NCBI RefSeq assembly: GCF_009834535.1
Contig: NC_045697.1
Coordinates: forward strand, 98,148,001-98,212,000
DNA: 64,000 nucleotides
DNA from: Camelus ferus
Lineage: Eukaryota
Direction: 5' to 3'
The notes beneath the pieces are model-generated. The model saw only the letters and a program-made list of their open reading frames with translations, was not told where the DNA came from and ran no database searches. This document shows, in pieces, positions 63,801 to 64,000 of this stretch (position 1 is its first letter; every line of letters starts with the position of its first letter). Both the position numbers and the translations under genes were made by a program.

Positions 63801-64000
63801 AGCCACATAAAGAAGCAATAGGACTAGAAAAAGCTGACAAGGAGCAGGACAGTGCCTGTTAGGACGGCAGGCATAGCTGGAGGTGAACCAATGTGAGGTC
63901 TATGAAAAGGTAAGTGAGAGAACCAGAAATTTGCTGCTGACAAGATGAAACAGCCCACAGCTGTGTCATGCTAATAAAAAGTTAATTTCAACTTTCAGAC

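Noticed and set aside
1..64000. Prokaryotic-type systems (CRISPR arrays, operons, rRNA) or a host protein-coding gene
   Set aside because: The sequence is mammalian and repeat-rich; no repeat-spacer array, rRNA or recognisable non-transposon coding exon was seen. Small exons could have been missed.

Overview
AT-rich eutherian genomic DNA, very probably camelid (Camelus/Vicugna/Lama): it carries a tRNA-derived SINE resembling the camelid Vic-1 family, and I noticed no ruminant- or primate-type SINEs. I recognise no host protein-coding exon, so this looks intergenic or deep-intronic. The main feature is a young, full-length ~7.1 kb LINE-1 on the minus strand (6089-13217) with a 12-bp target-site duplication (TSD), a CpG-rich ~1.7 kb 5'UTR with a YY1 site, an intact ORF1, a 400-bp inter-ORF spacer and an ORF2 broken by two frameshifts. 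The rest is layered transposon debris: two more copies of the young L1 family, older L1s (three L1s in total are 5'-inverted), L2, MIR, an ERV1-type solo LTR, MaLR LTRs, and hAT and Tigger MITEs. The best candidate for something undescribed is a 446-codon stop-free antisense frame covering the whole GC-rich L1 5'UTR and running out into flanking DNA, an ORF0-like arrangement. A strong antisense splice acceptor and an ATG-initiated spacer ORF overlapping the ORF2 start lie in the same element. Repeat subfamily names are recalled from consensus sequences, not searched, and boundaries of old repeats are approximate.
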